Shown here: positions 20,792 through 29,836 of the stretch, in pieces
Numbering within the stretch: the first letter of the stretch is position 1
Layout of the letters: every line of letters begins with the position of its first letter
Virus record (IMG/VR): IMGVR_UViG_3300008952_001422
Span: 63,032 to 127,031 of that record
Source of the DNA: a virus
Strand: one strand, 5' to 3'
Length of the DNA stretch: 64,000 nucleotides
Translations under genes and position numbers: made by a program
Notes under the pieces: generated by a model
Seen by the model: only the letters and a program-made list of their open reading frames with translations
Database searches by the model: none
What the model was told of the DNA's origin: nothing

Positions 20792-21598
20792 ATGGATATG
20801 ATAGATAAATCAAAAAAACACACTTATATAGACTTTGAGGACTCAAAAGTAGTCTTATACTTTAGTAAGTATAATTTTACTGGTTCTGAAAAAACACTCA
20901 AAGATATGCAGGACAAGGATTCTCCTCACGTTTTTACTAAAACTGAGGTATTAAGTGCATCGATAATTGCAGATAAATTCAATGATAAGTATGTGAAATC
21001 TTCTGGTGCATTTGATATAGTTGAGGGCGAGTTTATGAAGACTGCTTTCAGTAATAAAGATATTTTGATAGGAATTCTGACCAATTATCGTCATTTGATT
21101 ACAAATAAAACATATCAGGAAGCAAAAGAGATAATGGCATATCTTGAGGATAAGTTTGCATTTAAAATTCTTGCTGATAATTTAACTGATTTTGAACATG
21201 GAATTGCTAAATTTCTGGCTGATGATAATTCATTGAGTAGTCACACATTGGGAATTGCCGCATATATTCCTACTTATTATGCAACCCATACAAAAAGTGA
21301 TGAACTTAAAGATAGAAGTACACAATCTGGTCACTTAGGTAAGATAGGTGAAAAAATTACTACTGAAATTGAGATACTATCATCAAAATATCTAGCAGAA
21401 ACTCAATTTGGTGGGTCAGGTTATATGGTTAATGCTATCACAAGTGATAATCATAGATTATCTTTTTTCACTGCAAATGAAGATATAGCAAACAGTAAAA
21501 AGAATGTTAAGGTTTCTTGTAAGATAAAATCTAAAGGAACCGCTTGGAAAGACGATAGTGTCAACGAAACCAGGGTAAATTATGTTAAATTTGCTTAA
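20792..21598 (+). CDS. hypothetical protein with probable C-terminal OB-fold
   Basis: SGHLGKIGEKI...ETRVNYVK pattern. Confidence 0.55.
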   Translation: MDMIDKSKKHTYIDFEDSKVVLYFSKYNFTGSEKTLKDMQDKDSPHVFTKTEVLSASIIADKFNDKYVKSSGAFDIVEGEFMKTAFSNKDILIGILTNYRHLITNKTYQEAKEIMAYLEDKFAFKILADNLTDFEHGIAKFLADDNSLSSHTLGIAAYIPTYYATHTKSDELKDRSTQSGHLGKIGEKITTEIEILSSKYLAETQFGGSGYMVNAITSDNHRLSFFTANEDIANSKKNVKVSCKIKSKGTAWKDDSVNETRVNYVKFA

Positions 21599-21601
21599 AA
21601 T

Positions 21602-21629
21602 TTGACAAAATGCGGTTTTATGCTATAAT
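21602..21629 (+). promoter_or_regulatory. sigma70-type promoter
   Basis: TTGACA-16 nt-TATAAT with TG extension. Confidence 0.7.
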
Positions 21630-21662
21630 AGTAGTATATTTAATGATAAAAGAGGTTAAAAA

Positions 21663-22025
21663 ATGAGTACAGATTATATCTTAAACAATACAGAGGGTTT
21701 AGTCAGCGAATGTTGTGGCGAGATTATGTGGGAAGACGGAGACCGTTGTCCTGCTTGTTTTGATAACTGTCTGGGAATTACTCCTGCAGAGGCATTCGGT
21801 ACTCCTAAAGAAATTATGCTAGAAAAGTTAAAAGAATTTGCAAGTCCTTCTTCTGAAACAAGTCTAGCAAAAGGTCTTCCTATGGAAATGCTTGATAAGA
21901 TTAAAGCAATTTTTCCAGGTGAATTTTTATACAGATACAGAGGACCTTCAACTAAAACATTCACAAGGTCTCCGTTTAATACGGTTCTTGAACATGCAAC
22001 TAGTTTTGCAATATATTATAAGTAA
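21663..22025 (+). CDS. hypothetical protein with Cys-rich N-terminus
   Basis: SECC...CPACFDNC; C-terminal RYRGP. Confidence 0.6.
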   Translation: MSTDYILNNTEGLVSECCGEIMWEDGDRCPACFDNCLGITPAEAFGTPKEIMLEKLKEFASPSSETSLAKGLPMEMLDKIKAIFPGEFLYRYRGPSTKTFTRSPFNTVLEHATSFAIYYK

Positions 22026-22033
22026 GGAAAAAT

Positions 22034-23353
22034 ATGACAACTGTTACGAATGAAAAAGAATTAGACAAAGCATTAGACGATGTTTTGTCTGCTAACGGTG
22101 TTGAGATAGATAATACTCTTCCTGCTCCAGTAGTATTCGATTATACTGATGAAGAAGTTAAAGAGATGATTGTAAGTAGTCGAGTTAGACTTCTTATTAG
22201 ACATCCATTTTTTGGTACACTTGCTACTAGACTTAAAATGGTCGAGGCAGAATGGTGTCCAACTGCCGCAACTGACGGTAGACATTTTTATTATAATTCA
22301 GATTTCTTTAGAACTTTAACTCCTGAAGAAATTGATTTTGTTGTTGGTCACGAAGTTATGCATTGTGTTTATGAACATTGTGGTGAGTTCGGTAGATTAA
22401 TGGACAAAAAAGAAGAAGACCGAGATATGAAACTTTGGAATATTGCGGCTGACTATAAAGTTAACCAAGCATTAGTTGAGTCCGGTGTCGGTACTATGCC
22501 GAAACAAGCATTACACGATAGAAAATATTACAGAAGTTATACAGAAGAAATTTACGAACATCTTAAAGAATCTGGTGAGGCTGAGGATAAACAAACATTA
22601 GACGTTCATATGTTTGGTGATGGTGATGAAAAAGGTAAAGAAGGTGAGGGTAATGACCCAACTGGAAGAAAAGCACCTATTAAAGTTTCACCTCAAGAAG
22701 CCCAAGCGATTAAAGACCAGATGAAACAAGCAGTATTACAAGCGGCTCAATCAACCGATGCAGGAACTCTTCCTGGCGATATCAAAAGAATTATAAGTGG
22801 TATGACTAATCCTAAAATGGATTGGAGAGAACTTCTTAATATCTCTATTCAGAGTTTAGTAAAAAGTGATTTCACATTTATGAGACAATCTCGTAAATCA
22901 AAGTCAATGGGAATTTATCTTCCAGGTCAAAAGAATGAAGATAAGATTGATGTTGCAATTGGTCTTGATGTTTCAGGTTCTATTTCATCTTCAATGATTG
23001 AAGAATTTCTTGGTGAAGTTCACGGAATTATGCAACAGTTTCAAGATTTTAAGATTAGAATTTGGACATTTGATACACAAGTAAACAAAGAAGGTTATAA
23101 AGAATTTGACCCATATAATGCTGACGAACTTAAGAACTACGAGATTGTCGGCGGTGGTGGTACTGATTTTGAATGTAACTATAACTTTATGAAGGAAAAC
23201 GATATTACTCCTGATAAGTTTATTATGTTTACAGATGGTATGCCTTGGGATTCCTGGGGTGATGAAAGTTATTGTGATAGTTTATTTGTTATTCACGGTA
23301 CTGACCAAATTGTTCCACCTTTCGGTGAACACGCCTATTACAGCCAAGCATAA
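22034..23353 (+). CDS. metallopeptidase-like + VWA domain protein (MoxR partner)
   Basis: TAATDG, HEVMH, WNIAADY; MIDAS DVSGS, GGGGTDF, FTDG. Confidence 0.9.
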   Translation: MTTVTNEKELDKALDDVLSANGVEIDNTLPAPVVFDYTDEEVKEMIVSSRVRLLIRHPFFGTLATRLKMVEAEWCPTAATDGRHFYYNSDFFRTLTPEEIDFVVGHEVMHCVYEHCGEFGRLMDKKEEDRDMKLWNIAADYKVNQALVESGVGTMPKQALHDRKYYRSYTEEIYEHLKESGEAEDKQTLDVHMFGDGDEKGKEGEGNDPTGRKAPIKVSPQEAQAIKDQMKQAVLQAAQSTDAGTLPGDIKRIISGMTNPKMDWRELLNISIQSLVKSDFTFMRQSRKSKSMGIYLPGQKNEDKIDVAIGLDVSGSISSSMIEEFLGEVHGIMQQFQDFKIRIWTFDTQVNKEGYKEFDPYNADELKNYEIVGGGGTDFECNYNFMKENDITPDKFIMFTDGMPWDSWGDESYCDSLFVIHGTDQIVPPFGEHAYYSQA

Positions 23354-23354
23354 T

Positions 23355-23696
23355 ATGAGTGATAAAAATAAAAATTGGATATTAGCAATCGCAATTACAC
23401 TTGCATTTATAACAAGTTCAGCATTTGCCGATACGCCATCTAAATATGGTTCAGAGTTTGACCTCTATCAATCAGGTTATGACGAAGAAGGCATATGGTG
23501 GGGAGTAAGTGGTTTAACATATAAAAACATTGATACACCGATAGATTATTCAATTTGTGTAGGATATAAAGTAAATGAATGGACTTTATGTAAAGAAATT
23601 CTCAAGTCACGAGGATATAGATTTCATAATACACTTAATGATATTGATGTATCAGAAACGTATGAAATTGATTTCGAACTAGCAAAACTCAAATAA
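23355..23696 (+). CDS. secreted/periplasmic hypothetical protein
   Basis: ATG 23355 gives signal-peptide-like KNWILAIAITLAFITSSAFA. Confidence 0.55.
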   Translation: MSDKNKNWILAIAITLAFITSSAFADTPSKYGSEFDLYQSGYDEEGIWWGVSGLTYKNIDTPIDYSICVGYKVNEWTLCKEILKSRGYRFHNTLNDIDVSETYEIDFELAKLK

Positions 23697-23719
23697 ATTA
23701 AAACTAGGTCATAGTTCTC

Positions 23720-23743
23720 AAACCCCTCTTCGGAGGGGTTTTT
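23720..23743 (+). terminator. rho-independent terminator
   Basis: AAACCCCTC-TTCG-GAGGGGTTT-TT. Confidence 0.85.
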
Positions 23744-23776
23744 GATAAATATTTACTATTAATATTGATATGACCT

Positions 23777-24307
23777 ATGAGAGATACCCTCCTTTTGAAC
23801 GCAGACGGCAATCCTTTAAGTGCCGCACCACTTTCAACACTCACCTGGCAAGAGAGCATTAAACTCGTATGGCTTGATAGAATTAACGTCCTGGAATGGC
23901 ACGAGGATTGGCAGGTTCATAGTCCTAACATAACAATGACAGTTCCTAGTGTTATGATGGTTCGAGAATATGTCAAACGAAGAACAAACACATCATTTAG
24001 TAGAAGTAATGTTTATCTAAGAGATAATTATATTTGTCAGTATTGTAAACAGATGTGTAGTTATAAAGAATTAACCATAGACCATGTTATCCCAAAATCA
24101 AAAGGTGGTAAAACAGAATGGACAAATGTCGTTTCTGCCTGTAAAAAGTGTAACAATAATAAGGGAAGTTATACTCACATCAAACCCTATAAAGAACCTA
24201 GAAAGCCAGATTTCCTACAATTAGTCAATGGAGTCAATGGTAAACACATCGACCATGAGATTTGGTTGAAGTATATTAACACTAATTCAAAGAAAAAAAG
24301 AGCATAA
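23777..24307 (+). CDS. HNH endonuclease
   Basis: RDNYICQYC, TIDHVIP.SKGG, NVVSACKKCNNNK. Confidence 0.9.
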   Translation: MRDTLLLNADGNPLSAAPLSTLTWQESIKLVWLDRINVLEWHEDWQVHSPNITMTVPSVMMVREYVKRRTNTSFSRSNVYLRDNYICQYCKQMCSYKELTIDHVIPKSKGGKTEWTNVVSACKKCNNNKGSYTHIKPYKEPRKPDFLQLVNGVNGKHIDHEIWLKYINTNSKKKRA

Positions 24308-24322
24308 ATTAGTAAAAAATGC

Positions 24323-24351
24323 TTGACTTTCAATAGTAAACCAAGTAGAAT
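24323..24351 (+). promoter_or_regulatory. sigma70-type promoter
   Basis: TTGACT-17 nt-TAGAAT. Confidence 0.55.
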
Positions 24352-24418
24352 AGACTAGTGAATTGTAAAAATTCATATTATATAATATAAATTTAACAAA
24401 TGTCAAAGGAGAAATTTT

Positions 24419-24685
24419 ATGGCAGACAAACAAAAAACAGCGGCACCAGAGCAAACTGCTCCTAGTGTAACAGTAAATGACCTGGTTAATATCTACAATA
24501 TTATTGACCTGGCGTCAAAGCGTGGTGCCTTTCAAGCGAATGAACTTTCGTCTGTAGGTGCTGTTGCAAATAAAGTCAAGGAATTTGTAGACCATGTCCA
24601 AGCGGCGCAAAAAGCGGCAGCCGAAGCGGCAGAAGGTAAAAACGCAGATGTTAAACCTGACGATAAGAAAGAGGGAGCAGAATAA
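24419..24685 (+). CDS. phage hypothetical protein
   Basis: IIDLASKRGAF.A.EL..VG motif; strong SD. Confidence 0.7.
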   Translation: MADKQKTAAPEQTAPSVTVNDLVNIYNIIDLASKRGAFQANELSSVGAVANKVKEFVDHVQAAQKAAAEAAEGKNADVKPDDKKEGAE

Positions 24686-25350
24686 TGGCTGCCTTTATTA
24701 AACACGTAGGAACACACAAAGGCACTAACACTCGTTTGAGTGTAGTATTTTTGCGCCTACCTGACGACAAAGAGAATGCTTTAGCAGTATACAGTGATTC
24801 ATTGCCAGATAAGTATCATGAAGATTTCATGAAGGCAGTTGAGTCTAAGGAAGGACAAGCCGCAAAAGAGTTATATGAGGTTCTTTCTCGCAAAGTATTT
24901 TGGAACGGTAACAATATGCTAGAGACTTTACATAAAGAAGGTCTGCTAGTTAAAATACCAGTCGATGCAATTATTATGACACCTAACACCAACACTTCAT
25001 TACCTTTGCCTGATTTACTAACGCAGATGGATGAAATTACTGGTGGTAAAGCAACTAGAACACCTGAAGCAACAAGCCAAACTGTTCAAGAAGCCGTTGC
25101 TGACCAGGTCGATAGAAGTTTGGGTGATGATAATAAAAAGATTGCTCAAAACTTACTAGTTCAGGCAGTAATGTTAGAACAAGAGGCTGAAAGAAAACGT
25201 GCAGAAGCGGTTAAGTATGACCCATCTCTTGCTGAGAAGGCAGAAAAACCAGCGAAACGTGGCAGAGGCAGACCTGCAGGTACAACTGCTAAAGCCATGA
25301 AGGCGAGAGCAGAAGCCGCCGCTCCAGCAGACGCCGTCCCAACGGAATAA
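24685..25350 (+). CDS. phage hypothetical protein with AT-hook-like tail
   Basis: 221 aa; KRGRGRP near the C-terminus. Confidence 0.65.
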   Translation: MAAFIKHVGTHKGTNTRLSVVFLRLPDDKENALAVYSDSLPDKYHEDFMKAVESKEGQAAKELYEVLSRKVFWNGNNMLETLHKEGLLVKIPVDAIIMTPNTNTSLPLPDLLTQMDEITGGKATRTPEATSQTVQEAVADQVDRSLGDDNKKIAQNLLVQAVMLEQEAERKRAEAVKYDPSLAEKAEKPAKRGRGRPAGTTAKAMKARAEAAAPADAVPTE

Positions 25351-25386
25351 GCCTGCTAGTATATTAACTTTTAAGAGGAATCTGAA

Positions 25387-25749
25387 ATGATGAATGACCC
25401 AGACTTTGATAAGTTAATGGATGAAATATTTCCAATGAGTATTCCAACAGAATACGTAGAAAAAATACTAGTAACATTAGCAAGTGGTCAAATGATTGAA
25501 ATGTCAGGTGATGAATTATTACATCCACTGCCACTTGCTGATGATTTAAATTGGGAAAGACTCGTACACAGATTTGATAAGATTGCTGATGTTCAAGTAA
25601 AGATAAATGTTACAAAGATTAAATCTGATGTTTCTAAAAATGTAAAAACAATTCTAGGCGCCCATTTTAAAAGTAATAATACAGATACCGGAACTGTCAA
25701 TGGAGAAATAGAAGATGAGAACAAGGACATATTGACCGGCAATGATTAA
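25387..25749 (+). CDS. hypothetical protein
   Basis: 120 aa with SD. Confidence 0.6.
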   Translation: MMNDPDFDKLMDEIFPMSIPTEYVEKILVTLASGQMIEMSGDELLHPLPLADDLNWERLVHRFDKIADVQVKINVTKIKSDVSKNVKTILGAHFKSNNTDTGTVNGEIEDENKDILTGND

Positions 25750-26305
25750 CATGATACTGGCTGCCGATGAATTGGGCAGTATCGGATTCAAAAACGGCCT
25801 TCCCTGGCCAAAACTCAAAGAAGACTTACACTGGTTTAAACAACTCACTGAAATGAATGTAGTAGTTATGGGTTCCAATACTTGGAAAAGTCTTGGTGTA
25901 CACGCACCATTAACATCCAGATACAATTACGTAATAACTTCATCACATAAGAAAGATGATTTTCCTGGTTGTTTTGGAGTTTGTAATCCAAGTGAAGACT
26001 CAGTTGAGATTATTCTTAAGTCTTTAGACTTTGGTCATCCTGACAGAGATATATTTGTTATTGGTGGAAAGACTTTATTTGATGAAGCCTATGAGTATTG
26101 CGATGCTATATTTTTGACTAGAGTACACGACCAATATCCCTCAGATACTAAAGTTGATATAGAAAAGTACATTGACGATTTTGTTATACTCAATCAATTG
26201 TATAGTCAAGGCACCCAACATATTCCTGATATAACGTTTGAAACCTATTTAAGAGCAGGTGAAGAAAACGAGGAAATTGAATGGGATGACGATATACCAT
26301 TCTAA
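25742..26305 (+). CDS. folA: dihydrofolate reductase
   Basis: IGFKNGLPW..LKEDL.WFK, VVMG, FVIGG, LTRV; acidic tail DDDIPF. Confidence 0.9.
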   Translation: MINMILAADELGSIGFKNGLPWPKLKEDLHWFKQLTEMNVVVMGSNTWKSLGVHAPLTSRYNYVITSSHKKDDFPGCFGVCNPSEDSVEIILKSLDFGHPDRDIFVIGGKTLFDEAYEYCDAIFLTRVHDQYPSDTKVDIEKYIDDFVILNQLYSQGTQHIPDITFETYLRAGEENEEIEWDDDIPF

Positions 26306-26361
26306 ATTAGATAAATAAGTATAGTAATTACTATAACCTTTTAACACCGGAGTACTAAATT

Positions 26362-26670
26362 ATGATAAAAGAAACTACTATCCTGCAAGGATTGGATGAT
26401 GAACAGACTTACGAATCAGTTGATGCATTCTTCACTGCACATGGACTTGATGAGTGGAGAGCGAAAGAACTAAAATGTTTTACTGATGCTGGTTTTGATG
26501 TTACTGACTCCACTAAACAGATGGCTGAAATGAGTTCAGATGGCAAACGTGTAATCATTACAGTTGCTTATGCTGACCAAGCCGAAAAAGATGCTGTATT
26601 CGCCAATGCAGATGCAGGCGAAGGTCCAGCAGGACTTACACAATATATAACTGAAGACCACTTATTCTAA
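26362..26670 (+). CDS. acidic hypothetical protein
   Basis: 102 aa; GATAAATA at ~26310; last gene of the + block. Confidence 0.6.
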   Translation: MIKETTILQGLDDEQTYESVDAFFTAHGLDEWRAKELKCFTDAGFDVTDSTKQMAEMSSDGKRVIITVAYADQAEKDAVFANADAGEGPAGLTQYITEDHLF

Positions 26671-27267
26671 ATCAAGTTCTAATTGATTTTTAGTCCTACC
26701 GTCTTTAGGCGGTAGGCAAAACACTATATGGAATCTCAAATGTCTTCCTGCATTTATGGCAGTATGCTTTTTGGTGGTGTCAACGTGATACGTAACTCCT
26801 TCGTGTAACTTTTCTACCTTCTCATCTATAATCATAAAACAATTTTCATTTGCTACTAATGGTAAATGAATTCTGGATGTTTTATCGTTGTGATATGTTA
26901 GACATGTTTTCCAGTTCATCATCATATATCTACCACGAACTGCTCCATATTTTTCATTAAAGATATTAATAACTTCTTCTGTATATGTTCCCTTTAGAAA
27001 ATCACAAACCTCTGTAAAATCTATCTCATCTAAAATAACATCTCGCATCTTTGGCTTTGAATTTGGGTCAGTAGAATCATGGTTGTCCCAATCATAATGA
27101 AGACTAAGTGTACCTGAATTTGGTTGGTCTTCTACAGGAGTGCCAGAAATGGTTTGTATTGACATTTGACCATTGTTCTCAATAAGAAACTGGTCAACGT
27201 TCAAATCATACATCTCCTTTCGAAGTCTATCGTAATCAATGTCTATGTCTATTTTAGTTACGTTCAT
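26662..27267 (-). CDS. Asp/Asn beta-hydroxylase-like 2OG-Fe(II) oxygenase
   Basis: HxD (YHND), RIHLPL, HTAIN, R.HIV. Confidence 0.75.
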   Translation of the reverse strand: MNVTKIDIDIDYDRLRKEMYDLNVDQFLIENNGQMSIQTISGTPVEDQPNSGTLSLHYDWDNHDSTDPNSKPKMRDVILDEIDFTEVCDFLKGTYTEEVINIFNEKYGAVRGRYMMMNWKTCLTYHNDKTSRIHLPLVANENCFMIIDEKVEKLHEGVTYHVDTTKKHTAINAGRHLRFHIVFCLPPKDGRTKNQLELDLE

Positions 27268-27279
27268 TTGTTTTATCCT

Positions 27280-28041
27280 TTAAATTATTCCCATGTCATA
27301 AAAGTATTTTATCATCATTGCAAATGATACAACAACAATCAGTACTCTAATGACGGCAGGATTTGCTTTGATGAGATAATGGGCGCCTAATATTGACCCA
27401 ATTATTTGACTAATCATCATAAGTAATGCGAGTTCCCAAACGATATGTCCATACGATACGAATACAATTACGGATGCGATATTAGTTGAGAAATTTAATG
27501 GTTTTGCTATGATACTTGCTGTTATTAAGCCGAGTCGTTTGTAAACGGTAGTTGCCATTACAAAAAAGGACCCAGTACCAGGACCGAACATACCGTCATA
27601 AAATCCAATGGCAGGCACAACTACATCACGATAACTTAATACACGTGATGTCTTAAATTTTCGCAATTTGGGTGCGACTAAGAAATAAACACCAGTAATA
27701 ACAAGTACAATTGGAACAATGATAGATAAAGTATCAGTATCAATATATTGTACTATAAACGCCCCGACCAGGGCACCAAGAAATGCTGTAATTACAATGG
27801 GTCGAATTTCTCTCCAGTCAAACTTCTTCTTTTTAAGTAATAATAATGTTGCAGAACCAACACCAACAGTTGTTTGTAGTTTGTGAGTGCCAAGGGCAAA
27901 TATTGGTGAGATACCGCTCATTAATAATGCTGGAATAGTTAATAATCCTCCACATCCGCCTAATGTATTTAAAAATCCTGCTAAACCTCCAATAGCAAAT
28001 AGGAATATTAGCATTTCTATTGAATAATTAATTAATTCCAT
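27280..28041 (-). CDS. TauE/SafE (TSUP) family sulfite/anion transporter
   Basis: Multi-TM; GG.GGLLTIP, GFYDGMFGPGTGSF. Confidence 0.9.
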   Translation of the reverse strand: MELINYSIEMLIFLFAIGGLAGFLNTLGGCGGLLTIPALLMSGISPIFALGTHKLQTTVGVGSATLLLLKKKKFDWREIRPIVITAFLGALVGAFIVQYIDTDTLSIIVPIVLVITGVYFLVAPKLRKFKTSRVLSYRDVVVPAIGFYDGMFGPGTGSFFVMATTVYKRLGLITASIIAKPLNFSTNIASVIVFVSYGHIVWELALLMMISQIIGSILGAHYLIKANPAVIRVLIVVVSFAMMIKYFYDMGII

Positions 28042-28047
28042 TTAATC

Positions 28048-28962
28048 TCATCCTGGTAAATCTTCCTCATTATGACCTTGAAAAGGGTCATCATCATCAT
28101 AATAGTTATCTTCTTTCTGGTTTAACAATGATTGGATATCACTTTCTAATTCATCTGTTATACAAATCTTATTGCCTTTTTCATCGAGTACCCACATCCA
28201 TATTTCTAGTGCGGTGTATTCCGGATGATTCTTTACATATTCTTCTTGTAGTTTCTTTCCGTGTTCAGTAATATATAGAGGTCCAAACTTTGGTAAGATA
28301 GCATTTGCTACTGTCACTGCGTTAATATTGTAGTAGTTATAATTCATTAGTTTACTTATAGGAATAGTTAGACTTGGTGCTAAATCGTTTCCAAATAATA
28401 TTCCTGCTCTTATTCCACCCAATAGAAAACTTTTACTAAGACTAAATGCAGTACAATCTATAACTGAATCTTCAACATTCATTGTTTCTAAACTTGTTCC
28501 ATAGAATGCACAGTCTAAAAATATCTTACTATTTGTCTTTTTACATTGCTTTTTTAGTTTGGGAAACCAAGTAGAAATACTACCTGTGTGGTTAGGTTGA
28601 CTAACGATAATGTAACTATTTTCCTCTATCGTGTCTAGGTCCGCATGGTGGACGCACTCAGCCGTATATGGTGATAACAATGATTCATAGAATCTATAGT
28701 CATCTTCAAAGTAATAAAACTTATTAACAGTCTTTGACCTATAAGCAACTTGATTAACTATTGCATCGTGTATTCCATTACATATTGCCCAGTCAGAAAA
28801 CTTATCTACTCCAGTAAATCTAGATGTCCAGTTAATCCAATTAGTTCTATATTCCTCTAGTTCTACTTGTGTTCCTTTGTTTTTAAACTTAAGGTCATCT
28901 AGTACTTTTCGAACTTGTCTTGGACAAAAACAATGAACTGCATCTTCTGGTGAATTTTTCAT
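28048..28962 (-). CDS. PLP-dependent transferase-fold protein
   Basis: SQPN, IFLDCAFYG, FSLSKSF (Schiff-base Lys), R.G; likely start ATG 28962. Confidence 0.6.
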   Translation of the reverse strand: MKNSPEDAVHCFCPRQVRKVLDDLKFKNKGTQVELEEYRTNWINWTSRFTGVDKFSDWAICNGIHDAIVNQVAYRSKTVNKFYYFEDDYRFYESLLSPYTAECVHHADLDTIEENSYIIVSQPNHTGSISTWFPKLKKQCKKTNSKIFLDCAFYGTSLETMNVEDSVIDCTAFSLSKSFLLGGIRAGILFGNDLAPSLTIPISKLMNYNYYNINAVTVANAILPKFGPLYITEHGKKLQEEYVKNHPEYTALEIWMWVLDEKGNKICITDELESDIQSLLNQKEDNYYDDDDPFQGHNEEDLPG

Positions 28963-29063
28963 TACTTGCCTTTTAATACTAGTATTGTTAATAATATACC
29001 CACTGATAATCCCACTGCAAACCCACAAAGAGTGTACATCATAATGAACAACTTAATAGTCAT
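28962..29063 (-). CDS. small membrane peptide
   Basis: Hand translation [33 protein letters not shown]; overlaps both neighbours. Confidence 0.45.
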   Translation of the reverse strand: MTIKLFIMMYTLCGFAVGLSVGILLTILVLKGK

Positions 29064-29215
29064 TTCTTAATCTTTTTCTCATTGTACACTACATGCTTAC
29101 GTACAAATGGGTCATACATATTCAACTTCATCTTTTCTGGATGTAGTCGTTGATTCTTATGTCGTGTATAAAAGTGTGCTGACTCTGATGATTGCATTCT
29201 AATTTTTGTTCTCAT
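29060..29215 (-). CDS. rpmG: 50S ribosomal protein bL33 (Zn-free type)
   Basis: Not in ORF track. Hand translation [51 protein letters not shown] matches the L33 pattern HFYT..KN....PEK.....YDP.VRKHV.Y.E. Confidence 0.9.
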   Translation of the reverse strand: MRTKIRMQSSESAHFYTRHKNQRLHPEKMKLNMYDPFVRKHVVYNEKKIKK

Positions 29216-29216
29216 A

Positions 29217-29456
29217 TTAACCTCTTATCTTTTTAGTAATCCAAAGAACTGCGGCATAAACCGCAAGTCCATACAATGTTGCAAATGCTAATTCAGGTAA
29301 ATAATTATAAATCTTCTCAATAAATTCTATTGTTGCGGCTACATCTCCTGTAGTTGAAGAACCAGTAGCATTACCTGAGTCTACAACTATCGTTTTACTA
29401 TAGTCGCCCGAAACATCTCCAACACTTTGTTGGATATCTAATGTATTATCTGCCAT
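29217..29456 (-). CDS. small membrane protein
   Basis: 79 aa with C-terminal TM segment. Confidence 0.55.
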   Translation of the reverse strand: MADNTLDIQQSVGDVSGDYSKTIVVDSGNATGSSTTGDVAATIEFIEKIYNYLPELAFATLYGLAVYAAVLWITKKIRG

Positions 29457-29458
29457 GT

Positions 29459-29581
29459 TTATCTCCTTCGTACTTTTTCATGAAACTCAACAATACTCTC
29501 CAATTTCTCTATACGTTTGGTCAGAGTATTTATGAGTTCTTCCAGTGCCTCAATCTTTTCTTTCATCTCATCTAGTGTCAT
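29459..29581 (-). CDS. small coiled-coil protein
   Basis: Hand translation MTLDEMKEKIEALEELINTLTKRIEKLESIVEFHEKVRRR. Confidence 0.45.
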   Translation of the reverse strand: MTLDEMKEKIEALEELINTLTKRIEKLESIVEFHEKVRRR

Positions 29582-29586
29582 TGGCG

Positions 29587-29835
29587 TTAACTCTTTTTTG
29601 TTTTTATCACCTTCTTTGGTTTCTCAGCAGTTTTTCCAGTCAGCATTGCTGATGGCTTTTCAGCAGTTATAGCCTTCTTTTTTGCAGTTGGCTTTTTCGC
29701 TGTCATGGCTTTGCTTTTGGCAGGTGCTTTCTTACTTTTACCTGACAAATATGATGGTGTATATCCCGCCGGGCTTACTCCTTTGCCAAAGAATAGTTCT
29801 GTTAATGTTGGCCACTCACTTATTGGTTTCCACAT
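29587..29835 (-). CDS. Lys/Ala-rich histone-H1-like protein
   Basis: TAKKP/TAEKP repeats; ATG 29835 with AGGAG SD. Confidence 0.55.
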   Translation of the reverse strand: MWKPISEWPTLTELFFGKGVSPAGYTPSYLSGKSKKAPAKSKAMTAKKPTAKKKAITAEKPSAMLTGKTAEKPKKVIKTKKS

Positions 29836-29836
29836 T

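Noticed and set aside
23235-23354. Extended 5' end of the 23235..23696 ORF
   Set aside because: Overlaps the VWA gene; ATG at 23355 gives a clean signal peptide. Upstream starts at 9189, 15812, 29028 and 29865 were trimmed on similar grounds.
23777-24307. HNH as an intron- or intein-encoded homing element
   Set aside because: Free-standing between a terminator and a promoter, interrupting no gene; PolB and ThyX appear uninterrupted.
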